A stretch of 64,000 nucleotides of DNA from Octopus sinensis (GCF_006345805.1 NC_043014.1:14570001-14634000); one strand, 5' to 3'; shown: positions 26,317 to 39,101, counted from the stretch's first letter. Notes: generated by a model not told the origin, from the letters alone. Made by a program: numbers and translations.

Positions 26317-26889
26317 CTGTTGGAAACAACGTTTAGGGAAAATAGCTTAGCTTAGTGCATGTGGTAGGTGTGTGAATAGATATGAGAGAGAGAGGGGGAG
26401 AGAGAATATTTGTATGCATATATGATGTTCATTTGAGTGAGGAGATTTATATATAAATGCATGTATTTATATATACACTCCTGCGCCTACTCCATGCAGG
26501 AGTGGCTGTGTGGTAAGTAACTTGCTTACCAACCACATGGTTCTGGGTTCAGTCCCACTGCGTGGCACCTTGGGCAAGTGTCTTCTACTATAGCCTCGGG
26601 CCGACCAAAGCCTTGTGAGTGGATTTGGTAGACGGAAACTAAAAGAAGCCCGTCGTATATATGTATATATATATGTGTGTTTGTGTGTCTGTGTTTGTTC
26701 CCCCAACATCGCTTGACAACCGATGTTGGTGTGTTTACGTCCCCGTAACTTAGCAGTTCAGCAAAAGAGACCGATAGAATAAGTACTAGGTTTACAAAGA
26801 ATAAGTCCTGGGGGTCGATTTCCTTGACTAAAGGTGGTGCTCCAGCATGGCCGCAGTCAAATGACTGAAACAAGTGAAAGAGTAAAAGA

Positions 26890-27405
26890 GTATGCATTAA
26901 TACCCTCAATCAGGCATTTGCCATATTCTGAACGGCTCACTTCCCTGGGCATGGATACATTAAAACTCCGACGTCTGGCAGCTGACTTGGCAGACACCCA
27001 TAAAATTATTAACCATATTACTAACAATAGCTCTGAGCACCTTTTCAAACTTCACCTGTCTAACACCCGTGGACATGTTTACAAAGTCAGAAAACAGCAC
27101 AGCTCCCATGACTTTCGAAACCATTTTTTCATGCTAAGAGTTACTGAAGTATGGAACAAACTGCCAGCATCAGTTGTTAGTTGTCAGAACACTGCATCCT
27201 TCAAAACTTCCATGATTCTTGAGATTCGCCAACACTACACCTGATTTTCTCCCCTCCATACACATGCAAGCATGTATCTGACTCGTACACTGTTCACTTC
27301 CCAGACATTTGTACATTACTGCATATGCTTTATACGCACTTTTGAAAAGTTGTGGTGCACCTGAGCACTGTATAGAATAATTACATTATTATTATTATTA
27401 TTATT
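26890..27405 (+). mobile_element. 5'-truncated CR1-like LINE 3' end
   Basis: LPYSERLTSLGMDTLKLRRLAADL...TRGH.YK...FF.LRV...WNKLP..VV, with an (ATT)n tail. Confidence 0.88.
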
Positions 27406-27432
27406 TTATTATGAGTGTGTTATCACAAAATT

Positions 27433-27463
<31 letters not shown>

Positions 27464-27672
27464 GAGGGAGAGAGAAAGAGCGCTGTGAAATGAAATTCTG
27501 TGTCACATACTCAAAGGAAAATACTCCTTCTGGACAGAGAGAAGGAGAGAGAAAGAGAAAGTGGGAGCAAAAGGGGCCGGAAAGAAAATTGGCAAATTGA
27601 CAGAGAAAACAGAAAAACTAAAATAGCATCGTTTGTGTCTGTATGACTTTAAGTACCAGCATATACATAATA

Positions 27673-27730
<58 letters not shown>

Positions 27731-27746
27731 TACATATATATATATA

Positions 27747-28109
27747 CTAGCAGTATCGCCCGGCGTTGCTCGGGTTTGTAAGGGAAATAACTATAAGCAT
27801 TTTTAGAGAGTTATAGCCAAAAACTGGAAAAAAATGATGGTAAATTTTTTTTTTAGTTAAAAAGGTCGAGTTGCGTCCCCTAGACAGTCTGTGGTTTGTG
27901 TTTCTGATTCTCGACCCCATGTCGAATTTATCGATTTTTTTCAGAACTGGGGGAACTTTTCAAAATTTTCGCTGCGTTAGTTTTGAATTATGACATTGGG
28001 CTATGTGTGTGTCAAGTTTCATCAGAATCGGTTGAAAGCCGTGGTCGGAGTGAGGGTACAACCTAACAGACACACAGAAACACACACAGACAAACTGCCG
28101 TTTATATAT

Positions 28110-28114
<5 letters not shown>
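27747..28114 (-). mobile_element. Non-autonomous Helitron
   Basis: Minus-strand 5' TC, 3' hairpin cccgagcaacgccggg plus CTAG, inserted in (TA)n. Confidence 0.85.
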
Positions 28115-28148
<34 letters not shown>

Positions 28149-28458
28149 TTAGGGGTGTTTAAAACCTCTAAGGGATGGTTAAATCCAAAGGTGCTCCTGG
28201 TGATTACCTGCATAGGCACAGTCCTTGGTAAAAGGTATACGGTAGCAGGTAATTCAACAAGTAAACCGTAGTTTAATTATATGGAAGAAGAAAATAGAGG
28301 AAGAAGTTGGTCGTTTGCAGTAGTAAGCCATTAATTTGATTAGTTAATAAAGGAAAGTGGTAATAATACCACCACTTTTCTTTATTAATTAATTCAATTA
28401 ATGGCTTATTTGCGCAAACGACCAACTTCTTCCTGTTATTTTTCTTCCATTTTCTTCT

Positions 28459-28513
<55 letters not shown>

Positions 28514-28885
28514 GTGTGTATAGTAAAAAATTTAGATTCTGATGAATATGATACTTAAGTTGAGGCACCAGAATTTAGTATGGTATTAGCCATACAATTT
28601 AAAATAAGGTGATTAAAATCAAAATAAGCAACAAGGATATCCAGAGGTAATGTAGTACGATCGTTTCATGCGACTCCATTTAATTGAACAATGCACACAT
28701 TACATCAATTTAAAATGTAGAGCTCTACATTTTAAATTGATGTAATGTTTGCATTGTTCAATTAAATGGAGTCGCATGAAACGATCGTACTACATTACCT
28801 CTGGATATCCTTGTTGCTTATTTGTATGGGTCTTCTTGTGTTTGTGTATGAATGCATCACCATCATTATCAGATATATATATATA

Positions 28886-29163
28886 CTAGCAGTATCGCCC
28901 GAGTTTGTAAGGGAAATAACTATATAAGCATTTTAAGAGAGTTACTTCCCTTATATAATAGCAAAAAAATGCATTAAAAATGGGGAAAAATGATGGTAAA
29001 TTTTTTTTTAAATCGTAGACGCACGCTAATACCCAGAAGGGCTCGATATGAATCACGACTATAAGATACCCACTTTTGGTTAAACTGCACCGCAAAATGT
29101 GGGAGTAGTTAGGAATCTAAATCGTAGGAGACAGACACACAACTTCACTTTTATATATAAAGA
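28886..29163 (-). mobile_element. Non-autonomous Helitron
   Basis: Same termini as 27747-28114, with part of the hairpin deleted. Body shared with 56768-57166 and 50290-50500. Confidence 0.8.
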
Positions 29164-29809
29164 TATGTATCTCTGATAATGATGGTGATGCATTCATGCA
29201 CAAACACAAACACAAGAAGACCCATACTCTACAGCAGAAGTTTTAAGGCCAGTCCTCCTGGCGAAGAGGGTTGGCCTGCACGAGTCCAGTGCCAGTGCCA
29301 TGTAAAAAGCCCTCATGATGGTACCTTATAAAAAGCACCCAGTACACATAGGTGTATTCATATATGAAACGTTGTAATTTTCAGTGCTGGCTCTAAATTC
29401 TATGGAAACTCTGTAGAGATAAACTCAAAATTGAAAACAATGCACTGCCAAAACAAAAGCAAGGCACTGTATTGATTTTATAAACATATAATATATTTGG
29501 CAGTATATTATGGTTGTAAAACAAAATATTGCATCCCTAACTGCAATTAATACAAACACACACATATATATTCATTCACAAGGCTTTGGTTGACGTGGGG
29601 CAGTTCTACATACTACAAAATATATGGGGGAGGGCAAGGAAAAACAGACTGTCTTAGATGCTGTTTTAGGTCATAAGTACACACCATCAAATGTCACCTG
29701 GGTGGATGGGAGTCAGAGGAGTAAGTTAACCAAATCAACCATAAGCAGGGGTGGCTGGGGACCAACTGAAATCTTAAATCCAAATGTTCTTTAATAGCAT
29801 GTTTCTCAC

Positions 29810-29917
29810 CAGACCATCTTGTAGTGAGTAGGTTTTTAGTCGTCCAGTCTCCTCATCATAGTAAGTATCCAGAATGTGTTGTGAATCTGGTGGAGTTTCT
29901 CCAATTACTGAAAACAC
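29810..29917 (-). CDS. DYNC2H1: Dynein-2 heavy chain exon
   Basis: 108 nt, cag/gtgaga. Encodes VFSVIGETPPDSQHILDTYYDEETGRLKTYSLQDGL. The donor was chosen as the only nearby in-phase GT. Confidence 0.88.
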
Positions 29918-31017
29918 CTGAATTTGGGAAAGAAAATAATAATAGAATAATAATAATAATGATAATAATAATAATAATAATAATAATGATAATAATAATA
30001 ATAATAATGATAATGAATTCAAATTTTGCTACAAGAGCAATAATTTTGGGGGAGGGGATGAGTCAATTACATCAACCCCAGTGTTCAACTGGTATCTATT
30101 TTATTGACCCCCTAAAGGATGAAGGGCAAAGTCGACCTTGGTGGAACTTGAACTCAGAACATAGTGACAGATAATACACTGCTAAGCATTTTGCCCAGCA
30201 TGCTAACGATTCTGCCAACTCGCTACCTAATTAATGATAATAATAATAATCCTTTCTAATAAAAGCATAAGCCCTGAAATCTTGGGTGAGTGGCCTGGTT
30301 AATTACATTGACCCCAGTGTCTCACTGGTACTTAATTTAGCGACTCTGAAAGGATGAAAGGCAAAGTCGACCCTGGCAGAATTTGAACTCAGAACATAGT
30401 GATGGATGAAATGCCGCTAAGCATTTTACCCAGCATGCTAATGATTCTGCCAGCTCACCACCTTAATAATAATAATAATAATACTTTCTACTCTAGGCAC
30501 AAGGCCTGACATTTTAGTGGGGGGTGGGTAAGTCAATTATGTTGACCCCAGTACTCAACTGGTACTTATTTTACCAACCTCGAAAGGATGAAAGGCAAAG
30601 TTGATGTTGGCAGAATTTGAACTCAGAATGAATAGACAAACGAAATGCCTCTAAGCATCTTGTCCAGCATGCTATTGATTTTGCCAGCTGAAGAATAACA
30701 ACAAAATCATTTTTTCTTATTTGCCACCAGGGCAACAGATAACGGGAACAAAACAATGACAGGATAAAGTATGGGGATTTACACAAAATTAAACCATCTA
30801 ATAAAAAAAGTATATAATATATGGTATACAGTATTATTAGGATGATGACACAGGAGGACTTTTAGGGCAACCAAAAAAAAAAAACCTCAGATTCCAAGGG
30901 AACCTGCTCACTAACAGACCTCACTCCTCCATAATTTTCAGCCTACACACGCATTCTTAGAGAAGGCCCTTTCACTTGTACCATTCTCATATTATTCATG
31001 CCCTTTTCAAATTTACT

Positions 31018-31735
31018 GGGATGACAATGCACCCGGTCACTGAGCTCTCCTCACTTGTGAGTCTCTCACCAAATACAACATGGTATTGCTTCCACAGTCA
31101 ACCTATTCACCAGATTTGGCACATGTGGATTTCCATCTCTTCTCCAAGATGAAAATGCATCTCAAAGGTCACTGTTTTAGCACCATTGTCGAGATCAAGA
31201 ATAAAGCACAGGAGGTCCTCGATGCACTTGTGGAAAACAACTTCCAGGCCAGATTCCAAAAGTGGCAGGAACACTGGGGCCTAGGTATTGCTGTTAAAGA
31301 AACACTGGGACCTATGTATTGCTGTGCAATGAACACTGGGACCTATGTATTGCTGTACAAGGAACACTGGGACCTATGTATTGCTGTACAAGGAACACTG
31401 GGACCTGTGTATTGCTGTACAAGAACACTGGGACCTATGTATTACTGTGCAAGGGACACTGGGACCTGTGTATTGCTGTGCAAGGAACACAGGGATCTAT
31501 GTATTGTTGTGCAATGAACACTGGGCCTATGTATTGCTGTGCAAGGGACACTGGGACCTGTGTATTACTATGCAAGGGACACTGGGACCTGTGTATTACT
31601 ATGCAAGGAACACTGGGACCTATGTATTGCTGTGCAAGGTGACTATTTTGAAGGAGATGATGTTAAAACTTAGGTAAATAAGTTATTTTTTATTAAACAT
31701 AACTAGTCTGGGAACATTTTTGATACCACCTTGTA
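31018..31735 (+). mobile_element. 5'-truncated mariner transposon with internal minisatellite
   Basis: DNAPGH...YSPDLAHVDFHLF...FQKWQEHW-(repeat)-CIAVQGDYFEGD. Right TIR gtctgggaacatttttgataccaccttgta at about 31706-31735. Confidence 0.88.
31268..31639 (+). repeat. 31-bp minisatellite, 12 copies
   Basis: Unit ggaacactgggacctatgtattgctgtgcaa, tandem with no spacers and minor variants. Confidence 0.95.
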
Positions 31736-32465
31736 TTCAGACATGAAATGGTTGATGGTAATGATATCAAATATAGTTCCAATCAATAAAGATGTATCAT
31801 AGTAAGTGGAGGAAAGTTATGTAGACAGTATATGGTAGGAAGCCAACACAAGAGAAGGATGAAAGAAAACTCAAGAATTAATTAGTTACAAATAATTTCA
31901 ATGATTTGAAGACTAAGATACAAAATTTACTAATCTTGTGAAAACTTAGAAAAAAAAGCAATTTTGTTGACCAGTAAAATTGCTGTTGTTGTTTAACCCT
32001 GAGTCAAACTTGACTGAGTAGGCAGTCCAATGGTTATATCATGATCATCTTGTATACATTGGCCCTACATTGCCATATTTCTGTTGAAATACACTACCTT
32101 TTTTTCAATTAATTTTGAAAATAATAAAAAAAATTATTAAAATAGCTCTGACATTATTCAGCTGGGATTTTGAAAATAAATTAACATGGAATTTTAATTC
32201 AGATTACTTTAAAATGTGAAGTTTGTGTCATAGGACCAAGGGCAGCTTCAGGCAGGTTGGTATTTAAAGGGTTAAAGGCAGCAGGGTGTGGTTTATGAGA
32301 GGTTTATAGGCACAAGCAAGGCTGTGTGGTAAGAAGTTTGCTTCTCAACCACATGATTCTGGGTTCAATTCCACTCTGTGGCACCTTGGGCAAGTGTCTT
32401 CTGCTATAGCCTCAGGCTGATCAAAACTTTGTGAGTGGATTTGGTAAATGGGAAACTGAAAGAAG

Positions 32466-32522
32466 CCCATCTTATATATATACATACACATATATATACA
32501 TACACACACACATATATATATA

Positions 32523-32566
<44 letters not shown>

Positions 32567-32573
32567 CATATAT

Positions 32574-32632
<59 letters not shown>

Positions 32633-32829
32633 CATATACATATATATACATACATATACATACATACATATATATACATACATATACATATATATATATA
32701 CATATATATACATACATATACATATATATATACATACATATACATATATATATACATATATATACATACATATACATATATACACATACATATACATATA
32801 TACACATACATATATATACATACATATAC

Positions 32830-32874
<45 letters not shown>

Positions 32875-32890
32875 CATATACATATATATA
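32466..32890. repeat. Compound (TA)/(CA)/(TACA) microsatellite
   Basis: About 420 nt almost entirely of alternating purine-pyrimidine; source of several spurious Y/I/M/C ORFs. Confidence 0.97.
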
Positions 32891-33733
32891 CTCCTGCACC
32901 AGTCCCGCATAGTCCCTGCCCATTCAAAGTACCTTGGATACCAGAACATCCCGCTGTGCTTGAGGAGACCTATTGAGTCAAGTACATGAACATCGAAATA
33001 AATATCAATGGAAATAGTAGTTGTGATACCTGTGCTGGTGGCACATAAAAAGCACCATCCGAACGTGGCCGATGCCAGTGCTGCCTCGACTCGCTTCAGT
33101 GCTGGTGGCACACAAAAAGCACCATCCGAACATGGCCTATGCGAGCACTACTTTGACTGGCTACTGTGCCGGTGGCACGTAAAAAGCACCCACTACACTT
33201 GCGGAGTGGTTGGCGTTAGGAAGGGCATCCAGCTGTAGAAACACTGCTAGATCAGACTGGAGCCTGGTGCAGACCCTGGCTTCCCACACCCCGGTCGAAC
33301 CATCCAATCCGTGCTAGCGCGGAAAACGGACGTTAAACGATGATGTTATGATGATGATGATGATATATATACATACATATATATATATACATATATATAT
33401 ATATACATATATATATATAGATACATATATATATAGATACATATATATATATAAAATAATAGTTATCGCCATACTAATATGGCATTCTTATAAAAATAAG
33501 AAAAAAGCTGTCCGCTTATTAGCTCCATGAGGCCATCGCCTTAAGTTAGCTATTTGATACACAAACTGTATCCATATAACCTTCGAACAAGGGAGATGGC
33601 CTCATGGAGCTAATAAGCGGACAGCTTTTTTCTTATTTTTATAAGAATGCCATATTAGTATGGCGATAACTATTATTTTCCGGGAACGCTGCCGCTGTTC
33701 TCTTTTAGAGAGACTTAGTAATTTTAATATTTC

Positions 33734-33806
<73 letters not shown>

Positions 33807-34298
33807 AATATATAGTTACAAATTGGTTTAGGGTTGGATGTGGATGTGTATGTTTTTCTTGTGCGGTGTGGGGGCGGCTCTCAACGGACCAACCATGAGG
33901 AAGACAATGATAATTTAAATTCAAATCCAATAGTGTATTTATGTCATAAGGAAAATTACTAAATGGAACCTGGACATACATATGTGCCACTTTGGATCCT
34001 AACGTAAGTGATATTAACAATATTATGAATGATAATGATGGTAGCATTAATGGTATTGACAACGATAATGATGCTAACTTTAATGACACTTTGGAAATTA
34101 GTAGGAAGTAATATAATGTACTATTGACTATGTATATTTGCATCTAGGTACTAATATGTGTATGTTTATTATCACAATATTAAGTTGAAAAACTGAAACA
34201 TTGAATGTGGAACATATATATGTTTACTAATTTATATTATGTATATGTATATTTTTATATGTATAGGAGTGTGAGTATATGCACTCATATGTATATGT

Positions 34299-34429
34299 AT
34301 ATCTCCGAAGAGGCCTTATGATACTTTTGTAAATGTCTCATTTATATCCATATATTGACCTACCATAAAAGGCTAATATTGGTAAAATGAGACATACTTA
34401 TCTACATGGACGAAACAGCTGTAAGATGT
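34299..34429 (+). ncRNA. Minimal hammerhead motif with long stem II, U4C core
   Basis: ATATCT-CCGAAGA-ggcc...atgtctcattt...aaatgagacat...ggac-GAAA-CAGCTG-TA-AGATGT. Confidence 0.7.
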
Positions 34430-37400
34430 AATCTATACTTATATTTATATTTACTTATATTTATATTCTCTTTTTTATATATATCCTACTTATTATACAA
34501 CATTACTCTTTTATGTACACTTTTTTATGTACATTCCTTTATGTACACTGATTTGTTCTGCTTTTTTATGTTTAACCCTACAGTCTCTTATGTGGTGGTT
34601 TAATAAAGTATGTGATTGAGTATTATCTGATAATTGATATTTGATTTTGATGTATTTCTCCATTTTCTTATCTTGTATATAAATATATATATACATACAA
34701 TTACAAATTGAGATAGGGATTGTGAATGCAACCCACCATGGGATAACAAGTATCCAATATACTGCTAGTAAAGCACCCAACAAAGTTAATACATAAATGT
34801 TAAGAATTGCGATGCAATTAATTCATTTACTGTATTATATGGGCAAAGGTAAAATGTTTTACCACAAATTAATAATACAAAACAAGAAAATGGAGAAACA
34901 CATCTTAATCAATGATCAACTACCAGATAATACCCAATCACATAATTTATTAAACCACTACATATGAACTTTAAGGTCAAACATAATAATATAGAACAAA
35001 ACAATGTACATGAAAGAGTAATATGATACAATAAGTACAGTATGTATAAGTGAATATAAATAAATACAAATATATGTAGTTTATATTTGTATTTATTTAT
35101 ATTCACTTATACATACTGTACTTATTGTATCTTATTACTCATTGATGTACATTGTTTTGTTCTATATTATTATGTTTGACCTTAATGTTCATATGTAGTG
35201 GTTTAATAAATCATGTGATTGGGTATTATCGGGTAGTTGATTATTGATTAAGATGTATTTCTCCATTTCCTTATTTTGTATATATACATACATAAATAAA
35301 TACATACATATATATATATGTATATATATACATAAATAAATACATACATATATATATATGTGTATATATATATATATGTATGTGTCGGTGGCACGTAAAA
35401 GCACCATCCGTTCGTGTCCGTTGCCAGCATCGCCTGGCCCCGTGCCGGTGACACGTAAAAGCACCATCCATTCGTGGCCGTTCGCCAGCTCTGTCTGGCA
35501 CCTGTGCAGGTGGCACGTAAAAAAACACCCACTACACTCGCGGAATGGTTGGCGTTAGGAAGGGCATCCAGCCGTAGAAACACTGCCAGATCTGACTGGG
35601 CCTGACGAAGCCTTCCAGCTTCACAGACCCCAGTTGACCCGTCCAACCCATGCTAGCATGGAAAGCGGATGCTAAACGATGATGATGATGATGATGATAT
35701 ATATATATATACACACACACACGTGTGTGTGTGTGTCTTTGTGTTTGTCTCCGACCACTGTATAACAATGAGTGTTGGTTTGTTTATGTCCCCATAACTA
35801 AGCACTTTGGCAAGGAGTCACCAATACAATAAGTACCAAGCTTTAAGAATAAGTACTGAGGTTGATTCATTGAACTAAAACTGTCCAAGGCAGAGCCCCA
35901 GTATGTTTGCAGGCCAAGAACTGAAACAAGTGGAAAAGATTTGGTTGCTATTTCTAACAGATCAAGCAACCAGATAGAGGCTACATAATTAGCTCACGAG
36001 AAGTAAGTCATATTATTTATTTCTTTATTGCCCACAGGGGGCTAAACATAGAGGGGACAAACAAGGACAAAGGGATTAAGTCGATTACATCGACTCCAGT
36101 GCATAAATGGCACTTATTTAATCGACCGGGAAAGGATGAATGGCAAAGTCGACCTCGACAGAATTTGAACTCAGCAGCAAGTGAAGTGTATCTATGTCAA
36201 TCCACGGCAGTTTTGACAATAAATTATTAACAAAATAATGGCAGTGCCCCACATGACTGCAGTTCTTGAGCTGAAACTAAAGAATTAAAATTAGTTTAAG
36301 AAAGGTATTAAAGTTTCAGAAGAATTGCTCTTTTTTTTTTTTTTTTGTAAATCATTGATTAAAGTATGTTAACTTTCCACCAACCTGATAATCACCATTG
36401 ACCATGCTTCCTCCCCTATTTGTCATTCATTGTATCACCTATATTGTCATATTCCTTATCTTTAACCATCTCTAATTCACTTCACATTCTTGTGAACTTA
36501 CCTCATTCTCTGCCCCTATCTTCACATCACTTGTTCCTCTGTCCTCATCCTCCACATATTCACCCTCTTGTACCTTGAGGGGATGCTCTGATACCTCATC
36601 ACCACCATCTTCTCTCCTACTCCTGCTGGGAGTAGCCATGTGTCTCTTCTACAACAAGACACGTAGTCCTATCCCCCTCTCATACTTTTGCTTCTCAACA
36701 CCTGTCATAAGCCACCTCTTTTAACAGTCTAAACTCCCCTCAATTAAGGGGTCTGGTCTTGCAAGCTACTTGGTGATCTCACTAGTGCTGGTGCCACATA
36801 AAAAAAGTACCCAACACACTCTGTAAACTGGTTGATGTGAGGAAGGGAATCTAGCTGTAGAAACCCTGACAAAGTTGACACTGGAGTACAACACAACCTT
36901 CTGACCTCTTGGATCCGGCCAAACTACCCAACCCATGGTATATATTCCATATATGATGAAGAAAATAATAGATGTTATAAAACTGTATTTACTTTGTACA
37001 ATGTGATCTTAAATGCACTGCAAACTCTATTTTTTTCTCACATGTTTACATATATTTTTTACACTCAGATATAATATGCCCTGGCATTACATAGAAGTAA
37101 ATATATTAAAAAAATGCCTTATGGGTGTTATTTATGATACAAAGAAAGTTACAGCACATGTGTACTTGTCATGAATCCTGTCAGAAATTTTCTGCAAACT
37201 GCTATCATGATTTTCAATCTGTCAAAATTTTTTTTTCTTGTCACACACAAGAATCTCTGATTTCCAAACCTGTTTGGTCTGTGAAACAATGGAAAGACTT
37301 GAAACAAGCAGCACCAAAAAAATGCAAAAAAAAAAAAAAAGATGATGATGAGAAGAGGAGGAGGAGGAGGAGCAGGAGGATTTCTATAATTGTCACAGGT

Positions 37401-38312
37401 TACAATTTGTGCTGGGGACTTACATAAAAATCAGGTGAGAAGGGAAACAAAAATGGTTGAGAGGAATGAAATGAAAATTATACATAGTTAACAAAATATA
37501 TGAATTAAAGACCTCCCTTCAATTATGAATGACCATAGGATTGCACGTAGAAAGTTCCCCTCTGAGGCACTAGTCCAGGCAAAGTTTTGCCCTTGCATAC
37601 CAGCCTCCCTACTCTTCATCACCGATTTTATCCAAGGGAAAGATGAAGGCCAATAATCCTTTCCACTAAAGGCACAAGGTCTGAACATAATCCGTTCTAC
37701 TATAGGCACAAGGCCTGGAATTTATGGAGATGGGGATAGTCACATTGACCCCCAGTACTTGACTGGTACTTGATTTATCACCTCCAAGAGGCCGAAAGGA
37801 TGAAAGGCAAAGTTGATATCAATGGAATTTGAACTCAGAATGCAAAGAGAGATAAAATGCCGCTAAGGATTTTGCCCGGTGTGCTAACGATCCTGCCAGC
37901 TCACCACCTTAAAAATAATAATAATAACAACGATAATTTTTGGCATAAGGCCAGCAATTTAGAAGGGATGGGGAAGTTGATTACATAAGCCCTAATGTTC
38001 AACTGGTACTTATTCTATCACCCCAATCTTGAAAGGATGGCAGGCAAATTCTACTTCAGCGGCATTTGAACTCAAAGCATAAAGCCAGATGAAATGCTGC
38101 CATAGAACCCATGCCAAACCTTGACACAGTTTTCACAGGCGTAGGAGTGGCTGTGTGGTAAGTAGCTTGCTTACCAACCACATGGTTCTGGGTTCAGTCC
38201 CACTGTGTGGCACCTTGGGCAAGTGTCTTCTACTATAGCCTCGAGCCGACTAAAGCCTTGTGGGTGGATTTGGTAGATGGAAACTGAAAGAAGCCCATCG
38301 TATATATGTATG

Positions 38313-38355
<43 letters not shown>

Positions 38356-38945
38356 ATATGTGTTTGTGTCTGTGTTTGTCCCCCCAATATCGCTTGACAA
38401 CTGATGCTGGTGTGTTTATGTCCCCCTAACTTAGCATTTCGGCCAAAGAGAACGATAGAATGAGTACTAGGTTTACAAAGAATAAGTCCTGGGGTCGATT
38501 TGATCGACTAAAGGCAGAGCTCTAGCATGGCCACAGTCAAATGACTGAAACAAGTAAAAGAGTAACTTGCCAGCTCTTGTCAAACCATCCAACCCATGCC
38601 AGTATTGAAGGAGGACGATAAAAGATGATGATGATGGGATGTATGTATGTATGTATGTATATATGTTGTATGTATGTATGTATAATTGTTTGTGTCCCTT
38701 ACCACTGGTACTTGACAACTAGTGTTGGTTTGTTTACATCCCTGTAACTTAGCAGTTTGGCAAAAGAGACTAATAGAACATGTACCAGACTTAAAAATAA
38801 AAATAAAAACCGTAAGTACTGGGTTCAATTTGTTCAACTAATATTACACAAGGTGGTGTCCAGTATGGTCAGAGTCCAAGGACAGAAGCATGTAAAAGAC
38901 AGAAGATAAAAGAAAGATAAAAGATATTACAAGGTTTACACTTAC

Positions 38946-39101
38946 TTCTTGTGCAAGAGCTGCTCTGGATTTCGGATTCAAGTTGGCTCCTAGTCCTCGA
39001 ATTAAACACACAGCAAAGTGCGCTTTGCTTTTAGCTTGGCCAAGATGTGAAAGGCCATTTTTTAAAATACCAACCAAGCTGGTCTCCACAACCAAGTCGT
39101 T
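38946..39101 (-). CDS. DYNC2H1: Dynein-2 heavy chain exon
   Basis: 156 nt, cag/gtaagt. Encodes NDLVVETSLVGILKNGLSHLGQAKSKAHFAVCLIRGLGANLNPKSRAALAQE. Confidence 0.95.

Noticed and set aside
28205-28270. CTGGTGA plus ttacctgc/gcaggtaa stem as a hammerhead
   Set aside because: No GAAA box and no stem I partner.
31268-31639. 31-bp repeats as a CRISPR array
   Set aside because: Units are contiguous with no spacers, derive from mariner coding sequence, and lie in a eukaryotic intron with no cas genes.
32345-33111. Long Y/I/M/C/V/H/T-rich ORFs (also 7865-8457, 48068-48459, 55154-56163)
   Set aside because: Translations of (TA)/(CA)/(TG) microsatellites, which lack stops in several frames.
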